Origin: Eledone cirrhosa
Taxonomy: Eukaryota
Direction of reading: 5' to 3'
NCBI GenBank assembly: GCA_964016885.1
Contig: OZ024741.1
Coordinates: 351,974,001-352,038,000, forward strand
DNA length: 64,000 nt
Below the pieces are notes generated by a model, which had not been told where the DNA came from, ran no database searches, and saw only the letters and a list, made by a program, of their open reading frames with translations. Position numbers and translations under genes: made by a program. Shown here piece after piece: positions 13,621 through 26,497 of the stretch (positions are counted from its first letter, which is position 1; each line of letters opens with the position of its first letter).

Positions 13621-14865
13621 TCAAAGACTTGTTTAGATAAATATAAACACTTTAAAATAGTATGATAGAACCAGGGGCAGTGCCAGGTAGTTTGGTATCA
13701 AAAGGGTTTAATCTCCAAGCCTCAGAACTGTGCCCTATTTCCAGCACACTATGTTGCAATCCAGACTAGAACTACAGAAACAGTAATGAGGTCTCTCTAT
13801 TTTCACCAAGCTAGCTAGCTAAAGGAAGCAGTTAGTTGTTTGTCATGTGGACATACAATACATAAAGCTCCCTCCTCCCTCTATTAATCCTTTTGTCAGG
13901 CTGCATGGAAACCCACTATATTAACCTTTTGTGTATATTTCAATGTAGACTTCCTGCCCACTCCCTCCTCCTTCCATATAAAATGAACAATGCCCCCCCC
14001 CCCCCCTACATTGTTGTTGTCCCTGCTACTAAGCTAAACTTTCTTAGCTTTCTCCAACTAAATTATTAACAGTCAATATTTGTGTCTCAAACTTAATTTT
14101 CTAGGGTTGCTCATGGGATTATGGCATGATTATTCTTTTACTACAGCACAGACGAGTCATTTCATCCATCTAAAACACAAAAACTGTTAACTTCACTAAT
14201 AGTACTAGGAAAATTAGTTTAAAAACAGCCTCAGATCAAATCACTTACTTCCTAGACAAGTAGAACTCACAAGTACTCTTATTTTTTAATTGTGTCAGCC
14301 ATTAAAATGAAACAATGTTGGTGCACTACCTTGAAAGGATTAAATTGATATTGACCCCAGTATATATTTTTTAAGTCTAATATTTATTTTATCTATCTGC
14401 TTTTGTTGAACCACTAAGTTAAAGGATACAAACATAAACGCACACATATGACTGGCTTCAGCACTTTCCATCTACCAAATTCCACTTATAAGGTGTTGGT
14501 CAATTTGAGGTTATAGTAGAAGACACTTGCAGTTTGATAGCAAAAAAAGTTAACATTGTTAGATACAGCATCATATCAACCCTAATACTTATTTTAGTCT
14601 CATACTATTTTTATAATATTTTGCACAAGTTAAAATATGAAGGACAATATCAGATAATGTTGTTTGGTTGATATTGGAGAAAATGTTACTAAAGATGGTC
14701 AGTAGTTCATGTGTATGTGTAAGTATATGGGTACAAAATGATGAACCTGAGGAAGTGGATGAAGAAAATGACAATAGTGAAAGTTCAGATACAATTGAAA
14801 ATCTCAATACAATTTATCTAGAGTATTGAAGTATTTAAGACTATTCACCAGAATTCGTAATATAA

Positions 14866-15240
14866 TCAGCTTGTCTCCCCGGTAGACAGAATAGAGAAGG
14901 CGTTTCCCTGGAGGACAGCAAGGGAGACGCGCTGCAAGAGCGACTCCAACTCACGGGGCTCACACCTGCAGCTGGCCAGTTCAGCGCCTATGGTGGTGAG
15001 TAGGGAGGTAGCCCTAGGGCTGAGGACACCAGACGAGGGGTTTGCCACCACGGAACGGGAAGATGGTCATGCCATCTGGCTTTTTGCCGTCCCCTCAGTC
15101 CAGCCCCACCGGCTTGAGCTGGGAAGAGAAGCCTGCAGCGTCCAAGCCATACTTTATCACCTCGTTGAGGGCAGCATGGCGTGGAAGGCGGCTGGCACTG
15201 TGGCAACAGGAAAGCGGGTGGAGGCCGCTAAGATCTGTTT
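14866..15240 (-). mobile_element. CRE-clade non-LTR retrotransposon, restriction-like endonuclease fragment
   Basis: GC-rich island reading DGKKPDGMTIFPFRGGKPLVW and LLQRVSLAVLQGNAFSILST. Confidence 0.7.
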
Positions 15241-17699
15241 TTGATAAAGGCATGAAATTTGACATGCCAGTTTAAGCCAATAAACAAACACAAATAAGTG
15301 TATACACACACTGGGTTTCTGTATTGTTTCTCTCTAACCAAATTCTTCTCATAAGACATCAGTTAATCGAAAGTAGAAGACATACTTAAGGTTATGCTGT
15401 AGTAGTTGATAACCAGAACCCCCAGTGAAATCAAAATATGGAGACTTACACATAATAACTATGAGAAACAGGACCTTCAGCTTAGTTGTTCAATGTGTTA
15501 GAAATAATAGTCAAATCCTTCTTAAATCACATCATGATGATAATGGTTACAAAGCCATTGAATTTATGTATATTCAATAGCTCAGGCTTAACCTAGAGTT
15601 AAATGATATCACAATACATTAACCCTTTTGATACCATCTCACCCAAAATTAGTTCTGGTTCTACAAAACAAACCAACCATTTTAAATGGCTCCTATTTAA
15701 ATTGAAATATTTTGACTAATTTGTTAATGAACCTTTTGTTATGTTATAAATAAAACCTGACTAGCGAGGAAAGTATTTAAAACAAAGGATTAAAATTACA
15801 GAAACAGAGAAAAGGAGGGAAAATGGAGATGGAGAAAAAAATTAAATAATTTTAAAAAGGGTGAGGGGAGGGGAAAACTTTACACTCTTGGTTGGGCAGT
15901 ACAATTAAATAATTAATAATTTTAGTAAACACCTCTAAATTCTCCATTAATTCAAATAGTTTATTTCATTGAAAATATGGCAATTAACAAGTTAACGCTT
16001 TCATTACCATAGTTCCAATGAAATATTTTCAAATAATTTTGAAAACTAATTTTGAAGCTGGTGTTCAGAACATAAGATTCTTACATAAAATTATGATGGA
16101 GGGTCTTAAAATAATTCTAGAACTAGGGTCAGGTGTCAAAATCATTAAATTACAGAACCATTTAAACTTATACCAACCAGAAGTGAAATGAAACAGGCAC
16201 TCAGTAGTTTTAGGAAGTAGGTCATGCTTTGAAGTCCTCATCACTACTACTATGATAGCACTGCCAATACAAATTAATAAGGTTTGTTCCTCTCCCTGCC
16301 TCTGGTTGGAAGAGATTAGGGAAATTCCTGCTATCTATTTAAGTGTGTTTAAATAAAGTGTTGTTGTTGTAGTGGTGATGGTAGTAATAAGGCAAGAGCT
16401 ACTGAATTACTGAATCCTCTGTCCCTATCATTGAACAGGCAAAGGAGAAAGAAGGGAGTTTGTGATAGGAGTGGTGGTAGCCATCAGATCATATTTTATA
16501 GATAACCAGGGAAAACAAGCTGTGTAATGTGAATGAATTCAATATTCATAATTGAAAAGAAAAGTGTCCACCATCAGATGGGACCAAAGGAACAATGTTT
16601 CCATTGGTCTTTCCATTGCTGATACAATCAGCCGGTCACAACTCCTGGCTGAAAGATTTGAACTCAGAATGGACATAGTCAGATCAGATCACACAAAACA
16701 TCCCATCCCACTCATAAACAATTCAGTCAATCTGGTATTCCATTTATCAGTTAGTCTGTTTTAAAAGTGAAAAAGCATTTTTTTTTCTTGTAAAAGTGAA
16801 AAAATATTTTTTCTTTAATCCGACAGAATTAATATTTTTAGAATTGTTACATTAAATGGATTGAAATTTTGTCAAATATGACAGCACTGTTTTAAGATTT
16901 GTTAATCAGTGACACTCACTCAACCAGTACTGGAATGGAAATAGACTGGAGTCTATATAGAATTTTTCATGATGACAATTTGCTGGCAATGCTCATTTAC
17001 ATATAGCATATAGAAAACATTGGCTGGAAATGCTCATTTGCATATAATGTGAACTTGGCTGGTTATATTTATTGGGCAGTAGTACTAAGATCTGTTTAAG
17101 CATAACTAGGGCCAAACTAGGGTTCCTCCGAAGGGTCTTTGGAGTAATGTTATTTGATGGAGTGTGTGGCTCAGAGATCAAAGAGTCACTCCAGGTAGTT
17201 GCATTGAAAGTGTTATAGACAGAGTGAAAACATAGTGGAAGAAGTTCAGAGAGCTGTTACAACTGCTGGCAGCAAAGGACCTTGTGGAGTTTCCATCCTC
17301 CATCCAAATCTACAGTATCAGAGTCATGGAACTTTGTTGAGGAAACATCGACTATATTTAGCCAGTAGCATCTACTAATTCCTGCTCCTTACCTGTAAGG
17401 GTTGTGATATTCCAGGTTTCAACTGTTACGGTTTGCTCGCTTCTGGACCCTCTTTGGGGGTCACAGGATACGCAAATATATATATAAATTCAAAACAGGA
17501 CAAAGACATTGGAAAAAAACAACGAAAAGATGGACAGTTTCATCTCCTCAGTCAACCTCTGGAAATCACTATATATATATATATTACACACACACAAATA
17601 TATACACACAAAAATACATATGCAAACACATATATATACAAACGTACACACACATTGAACTTGTAACTTTTCTTTTTTGCTTATTTCTTTATATATTTA

Positions 17700-18082
17700 C
17701 TAGCAGATTTACCCGGCATTGCCCGGGGTTTGAAATGCAACAAAGAATAAACAAGAAACAAACGATAATATTAGTGATTTATCTTCAAATGAATCTGATG
17801 TTTATATTTCTGTCAATAAAGTTGGTTATCTCTCTTTTTTATAAGGATTATCGATAAACTTGGTTATCTCCCTTACATCAATTTTGCTACCGATAATTTT
17901 GATATCGATTTTTTATTGCTCAACGTGGGTCGATTTGAAAAATGTTTGTGATGTGACAATCTTAGCGACCTGTGCAACGTGCACAGAAAATTTGGTCAAA
18001 TTCAGTTGGTAATTGTAAAAGCCTTAAGTATGCAAAGTTGTACACAGACACACACACATCCTCGCTTTTATATATATAAAGA
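17700..18082 (-). mobile_element. Non-autonomous Helitron-like element
   Basis: Minus strand A|TC-tttatatatataaaagcgaggatgt ... ccccgggcaatgccgggtaaatctgCTAG|T, with a 3' hairpin and an A|T target. Confidence 0.75.
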
Positions 18083-18263
18083 TTTCCATGGTAACTGGTT
18101 GACTTATGTTTAATTAGGTTTTTTCTTTCACAGCATTTCCTGTCTGAAACATCAACACAGAGTTGAAGGAAAGGGAAAAAAGCAACAGATATCAAGTCAA
18201 CAACAGATCTTCTACAGAGTCATTTGACTAACTAGCTAGAAATATTAGCCAAATCTCCTTTAA

Positions 18264-18469
18264 CCCTTTAGCATTTAAACTGGCCATATCTGGCCAGAAT
18301 TCTCTCATCTCTTTCTGTTCAAACCGGACATAACTGGCTGCTCATACCAACATTAAGGTATTGTTCTCAAAATCTCATAGATTCGATATTATGTAAGATA
18401 ATTATGTGAGATAAAGCCTTTTCTGTGAAAATAAAATAGTATATACAGAATAATGTGAATGCTAAAGGG
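18264..18469 (+). mobile_element. piggyBac-type MITE (family 1)
   Basis: TTAA|ccctttagcatt...aatgctaaaggg|TTAA; TIRs plus TTAA TSD. Confidence 0.85.
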
Positions 18470-19071
18470 TTAAACCACACACTCTACTGGGATATTTTTC
18501 TTTTTAAAGGACACATTCAACGGTTAATGTAGAGCAGTGTTTTTCTCAAAGCTAGAGGCTCATTAACTAAAAGCTTATTTTGGTTATATTGGCATTAAGC
18601 CTCTGGTTAGAGTACAAAACTACACCCCCAAAACTCACTGAACAGGACAGCAGTCTATCACAGAATTAACCCTCAACAGATGTTGTTACTTATTACAAGC
18701 TGCTTTTCTTGCTAGCAAGGGTTGGACAGGTCATTACAAGCCAAGTCAGTACTTAGAGATACTGCCTAGACAGGTGTGGGAGGGCAGAGCATCTTACCTA
18801 CATATGCCCATCCCCCACATTCTACAGGGTGCATTTTATTGTGGCCTCAATACTAAGGTTGTCATGTCTTTGACACAACTGAAGAGTCTGGATCCTTTGG
18901 CAAGTTTTCTATGACTGGATGCCCTACCTATCACCAAACAAAAAGAGGCATCCAGCATGAAATTAAATATTTTGCTCAAGAATGCATGTTGCAAGGTCCT
19001 GGTTGATTGAAAACACATTAGCAGTGAAGATCCTTACAATCTTCAGTTCGTTTAGGAATGTTGAACTCATA

Positions 19072-19380
19072 AATGAGATGACACAGGACTGACTAATATG
19101 CTATAATACAAAAGACCCATCCACCAGTACAAGTATTGCAACAGAGATGACACAGGACTGAACTGCCTAGTGATATGCCATAACACAAAAGACCCATCCA
19201 ATAGCACAAGTACTATAACAGAGATGACACAGGACTGAGCTAAATGGTAATATGCCATAATACAAAAGACCCATCCACCAATAAAAGCACTGCAACAGAG
19301 ATGACACATGGCTGAGCTGACTGGTGATATGCCATAATACAAAAGACCCCTCTACCAGTGCAAGCACTGTGACACTAAAA
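19072..19380 (+). repeat. Tandem repeat, about four units of 68-78 bp
   Basis: Repeated gagatgacacaggactga...atgccataatacaaaagacccatcca. Confidence 0.85.
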
Positions 19381-20099
19381 GTCAACGTGGTGAGACAGAA
19401 TTGTTTTTCTAATCAATAATTTTTCCAGTGTCTGTTGCAGTGATTGAGGGTAAAGAATATTTTTTAGTTTTTTTGTCTGGAGTTAAAAAAAGAAGACATT
19501 TTAGAAAAAAGTAACAAAGTCGCATAACCTATATATTTTTTGAAAATGGCTTGGGTTACATAACACATTTTTTATGGAGAATTCTATGGCTGGGTGCCCT
19601 TCCTGATTTCAACTTTCAAAGAGTAAAGTACAGGTCTTTGAATATTAGACTGGTGAACCACATGACAACTGTTCATGCACAACATAAACAAATATCACTG
19701 CCCATGTTAGCAATATCAGATGCAAAGAAAATACAAATAACACACATTGAACAGTGGCTATGCTAGGGTTCTGTCTTGAAGAGCTTAGTTAATCATATTG
19801 TCCACAGAACTTATTTCTAATCTCTTTGATACCAAATCACATGAAACTGCTCTTGTTACTCATCAGGGAAATGGCCTTACTCAAAATGTAGAAAAGGAGT
19901 AGGCATAAACTTTATAGTGTACACAATGCAAATCTTTGGTACTCAAGAAGTGTAGTGGAATAACAGGCAAACTAACAGGAAGGGTAAACTTGTATGTAGT
20001 AGATGTTCAGCGTCAATTGATTATAAGAGTGCCAATAATAAAATAAATAATAAACCTTTTCCAAACTCAATAAGAATCCATAGAAGAGATTGATAATTT

Positions 20100-20425
20100 C
20101 TGCTAAGAACAAAAGGTTTCTCTCTGTAAATGAAAGGTTGGCTGTATGATGCCTGTGTGCAAAGTGTCAAGACATGGGCAGTGAAAACAGAGGACCCATG
20201 GAGACTGGAGGGAAATGAGGCAAGCATGCTTTGATAATCCCAGTGGAAGGAAGCTGCAGTAGAAGAAGACCAAGGAAGACCTGGATAGAAGTCATGAGAG
20301 CTGATCTCAGATCACTAAAGCTCACAGAGGAGATGACAAAGGAACGTAACAAGTGGAGAGATGCTGTACTGAGAAGGATCTGTCCAACCTATGCACATAT
20401 GGAACAACAGACTGGTGATGATAGC
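20100..20425 (+). mobile_element. RTE LINE 3' fragment, internally deleted
   Basis: KGFSL..KGWLYDA and RRRPRKTWIEVMRADL. Confidence 0.8.
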
Positions 20426-21168
20426 ATTCAATACTTGTGATAGAATGTGCACATACAACTATATGCATGTGTAAGCGTGTATGCATATATGTTTGTAAAT
20501 TAAAATTCCTACACCTGCAACTAGGTCAAGCTTGAGACATTCACTGACTGGTAGCATGCCATTTTTTAATTTTCAATTTTTTTATTTTTTATTTATTTTT
20601 TTTTTATTATTTTTTTTTATTTATTTATTTATTTATTTATTTATTTTTTTTATTAATGTTTGTATATTCTCTGTCTCTTCCACCTTCACTTCCTCACTTT
20701 ACTCTCTGCCTATAGTTTGTTTTCTCTTCCTTTTCTTTTTTTCAATTACTCTCTCTCTCTCTGCTCCTGCCATGTGCTGTCTAGATCCAAATATTAAATA
20801 AACATTTCTTTTATTTATTAATGTTTGTATATTCTCTGTCTCTTCCACCTTCTCTTTCTCACTTTGCCTTCTGTGCATACTTTCTCTTCTTGGCTAATAT
20901 GTTGCAACACATTGGTTTGTAGTAAATTTTATGTTATTTGTAAGTCCTGTCTTATGTCCATTTGTTACTGGAACTAGTGTTATTGACCTTAAAGCACTGA
21001 AACAATGAGGACCTACAGCGGCTGACTGGTGAAAAGGGACTGTTGAATGTTTTTATCATTTTTCCATTGTTTTTGCCCACCTTTTAAATTCATTTTGTAT
21101 GTTCTTAGCTGCACAGGATACTTTTTCAAATTTATATATATATGAAAAAGTGTCCTGTGCAGCTAAGA

Positions 21169-21214
<46 letters not shown>

Positions 21215-21279
21215 GTATAAACAACACAACACCCAGTCGATCACACATACATATATATATATATATATGTATGTGTGAT

Positions 21280-21627
21280 CGACCAGGTGATGTGTTGTTT
21301 CCTGACCGGGTGATGTGTTGTTTCCTTGAGCAAGACACTTTATTTCACATTGCTCCAGTTTACTCAGCTGAAGAAATGAGATGATAGGGACCTGGGTCCC
21401 TATCATTCCACTGCAAAATGGTCGTGGAGGTGCCACGGCAAAAAAGCACCCAGCCCACACTGTAAAGTGGATGTGTAGGCGTCACGGAAAAAAGCACCCA
21501 GCACTCACTGTAAATGAGGTTGGTGTTAGGAAGGGCATCCAGCTGTAGAAATCAAGCCAGAATCAGTTCCCGTCCCACCCCTGCAAGCAGGGAAAAGCGA
21601 ACGTAAAATGATGATGATGATGATGAT
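21280..21627 (+). mobile_element. SINE family 1, 5'-truncated
   Basis: Matches 4395-4667 and ends in (gat)n. Confidence 0.85.
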
Positions 21628-22039
21628 ATATATATCATCATCGTTTTATATTCATATATTCATATACACACACACATATATTCATTTATTACGGCTAAGC
21701 AGCAAGCCTTATTATTCTGGAGTTTCACCTGTGAGTGCACAGGAGAAATTCCAGAGTAGCATGCTGGTTTGTGAACTATATACCCACACGCACATTTGAA
21801 AAAGTGTCCTGTGCAGCTAACAACATTATATATATATATATACATATATATCATCATCGTTTAACGTCTATCTTCCACGCTAGCATGGGTTATAAATATA
21901 TATTCATTTATTATGGCAAAGCAGCGAGCCTTATTACTCTGGAGTTTCTCCTGTGCACTCACAGATGAAACTTCAGAGTAGTTTGCTGGTTTGTGAATTA
22001 CATATACACACACACACATATATACATATATATATATGT

Positions 22040-22622
22040 GTGAAGTCGAATTTTGGCTTTTGAAGTGCTGAGAATATATGTATGTAAGTACAAAGGATTT
22101 GCTCAAGTGCAGAAACGCTATAAAGATGGCTTATAAAATAGAGTGACGATGCTTAAAAGACAGAAAAAGAAGTTGCCATCGGCCGCTATGAGGAATTGAA
22201 CCCCATATCTTCCAGATACCGGCTAGATTCTTTAACCTAAGGAGCCATGACAAATCCCTTCCCATCATTTTAATTAAATAACTGGACAACAGCTTTCAGA
22301 TATCAGCAGGCAGGCAGAGACAGACAGACAATATGTAAACAAACAATGTATGAAGCCAAATTTTTCCGCTTTTGAAGTGATGAGAATATATATATATATA
22401 TATATATAAGTATAAAAGAATTGCTCAAGCACAGAAATGCTATAAATATAGCTTATGAAATAGGGAAAAGAGGAATTGAACCTCATCTCTTCCAGATACC
22501 ACTAGAGGCTGGAAGATATATGGTTCAATTCCTCATAGCAGCCGATGGCAACTTCTTTTTCCGTCTTCTAAGGGCTCTTTTATAGTATTTCCGCACTTGA
22601 GCAATTCCTTTATACTTATATA
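22040..22622. mobile_element. Unclassified repeat with tRNA-like boxes in partial-tandem plus inverted arrangement
   Basis: 22040-22350 is partly repeated at 22350-22500, then inverted at 22510-22622. Minus strand has tggctccttaggtta...ggttcaattcc. Confidence 0.6.
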
Positions 22623-22712
22623 AATAAAATTCAAAAACAAAAAAACATAACAATATTATACATTAATACCTGTCACATCAAATTATTATCATGCAACCAC
22701 TTTGATGTCTTC

Positions 22713-22784
22713 AAAATGTGCATAACAGGATTACATAATAAACAGATGTTGTATAAGTAAAACTGTCACTCTTCTTTTTATATT

Positions 22785-22840
<56 letters not shown>

Positions 22841-22959
22841 TTTCCTTCAAATGAAACAGTTGTGTATATATATATATATACAGGTAAAATGTGCATAACA
22901 GGATTACATCATAAACAGATGTTGTATAAGTAAAACTGTCACTCTTCTTTTTTATATTT

Positions 22960-23003
<44 letters not shown>

Positions 23004-23050
23004 ATTTCCTTCAAATGAAACAGTTGTGTATATATATATACAGGTAAAAT
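22713..23050. repeat. Local tandem duplication (~170 bp)
   Basis: aaaatgtgcataacaggattacat...tcaaatgaaacagttgtgtatatatatatacaggtaaaat occurs twice. Confidence 0.9.
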
Positions 23051-23160
23051 TAGATTATAACGAATACCACTATAAAAAATTTTCAATCCCCGGCCACGTG
23101 CTCGATGTGTTAGGTCGATCTCATTATAAAGAATTATTTTTTATACCACGTGAATTTCAT

Positions 23161-23204
<44 letters not shown>

Positions 23205-23884
23205 CAATGGGGACCCTCCGTTCTAATGTACGGCATTATCGTTCAATATGTGGATAGTGTAACTGTGACATTGGAACCCCTCATAGAACTTCTTACTGAA
23301 ACATCTCTCTCCATATTATTTACTCACTTCAATCTATATGTTCTTTTACTCACCTTAATCTGGATTCTCACTTGAAAAATTTTTTAATTTCTAATTGTTA
23401 ATTTTTTAATTGTTTAATTTATAATTTTTGATTTAGGATTTTAATTTTTATTTCCAACTCTCACTCATAACTTCCAATGTAAAACCATGATACCTAGAAT
23501 TAAGTATATTTTCTCTTGGGAGTTGATGGTCAGTCGTACTGTCCATGCTTGGTGAGAGGTACTATTGTGAACTGTAAAAACTAACACTCTCCCATCCCCT
23601 CTGGCTTTCGGCTGACTGCCACAGACAGGACAGGTAGCAGTAAACTATGGTACAGGCCTAGATGGGTCATTGTTTGGCTGAGAGGGTGAACTGACTAAGC
23701 AAATTTCGTTGATATCTGCAGTAGCTAATGGTCAACTTTCTTCGGACATGCGCCTGCGCAGACCGGTGGGGGTGAATTGGTACTCACAGGGGAACGGATG
23801 AAGAACCCAAAAGCACACACTTTGTCCGTTCGCATTTCGATTCAACTTGGATTGCCTCGGAAACATAACCTTATTATGTAACAA

Positions 23885-23958
23885 GCTGTCTGATGATGTC
23901 ACGACACTCGCACACAGAACAGTGTGGCCAGTGTTGTCATTGAAATATATATCACAGC
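23885..23958 (+). ncRNA. Type I hammerhead ribozyme motif with extended stem II
   Basis: gctgt-CTGATGA-(acgacac...cacac agaaca gtgtg...gtgttgt)-GAAA-tatata-TC-acagc; 5-bp stem I and palindromic stem III ATATATAT. Confidence 0.72.
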
Positions 23959-24019
23959 ATTATTATTAAAGCACTTGAACATCTGAAACTACTTCGCTTT
24001 TACTTATTCTATATATATA

Positions 24020-24500
24020 TAGATATATATAAGTAAGTATACGTACATATATGTATACAGACGTACAGTAGTATGTATATATACATACATGCACACATAT
24101 ATATACATACATGCATATATATACATACATGCACACACATATATATGTACGTATGGATTCACCAAATATTTATTATAATACTTGGTGTGTTTGTAAACAA
24201 ACATCGCGAATTAAGCCGCACAGTGTCTAACAACTGTCGTTGCTCATTTGTTCAACACTGACAAAGGAACGCTGTACTAGTTTCAAGCTTATTAGCTATC
24301 GTCAGCAACGTATACCTTCCTGCCAGATGATTGAACGTCTGAAAGTATATACTTTCCTTATGCATATTAACGGCTGAGCAGCCGAAAACGATAAACGGAA
24401 AAAAAATGAAACGAAACGAAACGATGAAACGAAACATATATAAATGAAACAAAACATATATAAACGAAACGAAACATATATAAACGAAACGAAACATATA
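24020..24500 (-). mobile_element. Hammerhead-containing ~440-bp monomer (retrozyme-like), inverted copy
   Basis: Reverse complement of 28230-28790; intact hammerhead core on the minus strand at 24270-24310. Confidence 0.75.
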
Positions 24501-24522
24501 TATATATGTGTGCATGCATGTA

Positions 24523-26052
24523 TATCATCATCATCGTTTAACGTCAATATTCCACGCTTGCATGGGTCTGGACGGGAGTTTTCCCACTTGAGGCAAGAGT
24601 GGTTGTCTTGCTCGCATAGGACTGTCTGGCGGGTTTTCTACGGCTGGATGCCCTTCCTAACACCAACCACATTTACAGTGTGGAACTGGGAGGTTTTTAC
24701 CGTGTTACCTACACGGCCACATTACAGCGTGGACTGTGCGTTTTTTTTGTCGTGACACCTACACGACCTCATTTGTTTCGGGCTGGATGTTGTGACACCA
24801 ACATAACTTTACATTGAAAGGGGTGGTGTGGATGGGGTGTGGGTAGTGGGACGGGGGTGTATTGTGTTAGAGGTGCCTACTGACTGTAGTAGGGTTCACT
24901 TTGTACTTAGGTAAGGCGAGTCTTCTCTATTACTGTGTAGCGCCAAATACCTCGGTCCAGTGACATTGTCTTGGAAAGGTGTAAGTGTGTGAGGTCGGAA
25001 TTTATCAAGTCGTCCCAGGTTTTTCTGGGTCTGCCTACTCCGTGGCTACTGTCTATTTTTATTGCCCTGCACTTTTTTATACAGCTGTCCTCTTTCATAC
25101 GCATCACGTGACCATACCAACGTAGTCTTCTCTCGAGTAAACAACATCTGATCCCTCTTATTTCTAATTTCTCCCTTAGTACGTTTATGCTTTGCCGTTC
25201 ACGTATATTACTATTACACATCCAGCGGAGCATGCAAGCTTCATTTCTCTCCAGTCTGCGTATATCCTCTGCACACAATGCCCAGGTCTCACTGCCATGT
25301 AACATTGATGTTCGTATGCAGGCATCATACAGCCTGCCTTTCATTTTTAGAGAGAACTCTTTAGCGGCCAATAGTGGTATAAGCTCTCTGAACTTTTTCC
25401 ATCCAGTTCTGACTCTAGCTACTGTACTTTCAGAGCACCCTCCCCCACTGCTGATTTTATCACCCAGGTAACAGAAGCTGTCCACTATTTCTATAGAACC
25501 ATCTGCGCAATTGAAAGAGCTAGTATTTTGTTGGCACTTGCTGCTACTTATTGCACCAGAGCACCGGCCACATGTAAAAATCTATGTTCTTAGTTAGCTT
25601 ACCTGTGATCCCACTACATCTTTTATGTACCCATACTTTGCATTTGGGACATAAAATGGAGTTTCTACCTACTCCTTTCCTACACACTGAGCATGGCCAT
25701 TTCCCAGATGGGACCGGTGCCCTATTTTCCTTCCTACAAACTAGAACTTTAGTCTTAGACAAGTTAACTTTAAGGCCTTTTGATTCTAGGCCATGCTTCC
25801 ATGTTTGGAATTTCTTCTCTAGTTCAGCCATTGATTCAGCTATGAGCGTTAGATCATCTCCATATAGGAGTTCCCATGGGCAGCTGGTCTTGAACTCCTC
25901 TGTTATAGCCTGAAGGGCAATAATAAATAGTAGGGGGCTAAGGACGGAGCCTTGATGAACACCAACATTTACGCTAAACTCTTCACTATATTCGTTGCTA
26001 ATTCTAACCTTGCTGACTGTTTCTTTATACATGGCTTCTATAGCTCTCACAA
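24523..26052 (-). mobile_element. RTE LINE, 5'-truncated
   Basis: GVHQGSVLSPLLF, YGDD, PHD-like CSVC..C..C..WVHKRC, YLG, GRPRKTW; (gat)n tail. Confidence 0.95.
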
Positions 26053-26497
26053 TATACATACTACTGTACGTCTGTATACATATATGTATGTACGTATACT
26101 TACTTATATTTAAGTAACAGCCGTACTAAGAGTGAGAAATGAAATTTTGTTTCGTTTCATCATTTTGTTTCGTTTCATTTTTTTTCCGTTTATCGTTTTC
26201 GGCACGCCGGCCGTGTAACTCACTCGATATGCAAATTAGGCTGCTCAGCCGTTAATATGCATAAGGAAAGTATATACTTTCAGACGTTCCATCATCTGGC
26301 AGGAAGGTATACGTTGATGACGATAGCTAATAAGCTTGAAACTAGTACAGCGTTCCTTTGTCAGTGTTGAACAAATGAGAAACATGGTTGCTAGACACTG
26401 TGCGGCTTAATTCGGGATGTTTGTTTACAAACACACCGAGCATTATAATAAATGTTCGGTGAATCTATACATACATATATATATGTGTGCATGTATG
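26053..26497 (+). mobile_element. Retrozyme-like monomer with mutated hammerhead core
   Basis: Same unit as 28230-28670; core reads aTGACGA at 26317-26323. Confidence 0.75.

Noticed and set aside
17400-17570. Minus-strand CTGAGGA...GAAA inside an imperfect inverted repeat
   Set aside because: I could not build convincing stems I and III around a cleavage triplet.
19072-19380. CRISPR-like periodic repeat
   Set aside because: Whole units are similar, so there are no unique spacers; no cas genes; eukaryotic context.
19800-19870. Isolated CTGATGA hits (also ~33838, 35339, 38157, 41373)
   Set aside because: No correctly spaced GAAA, UH and paired stems.
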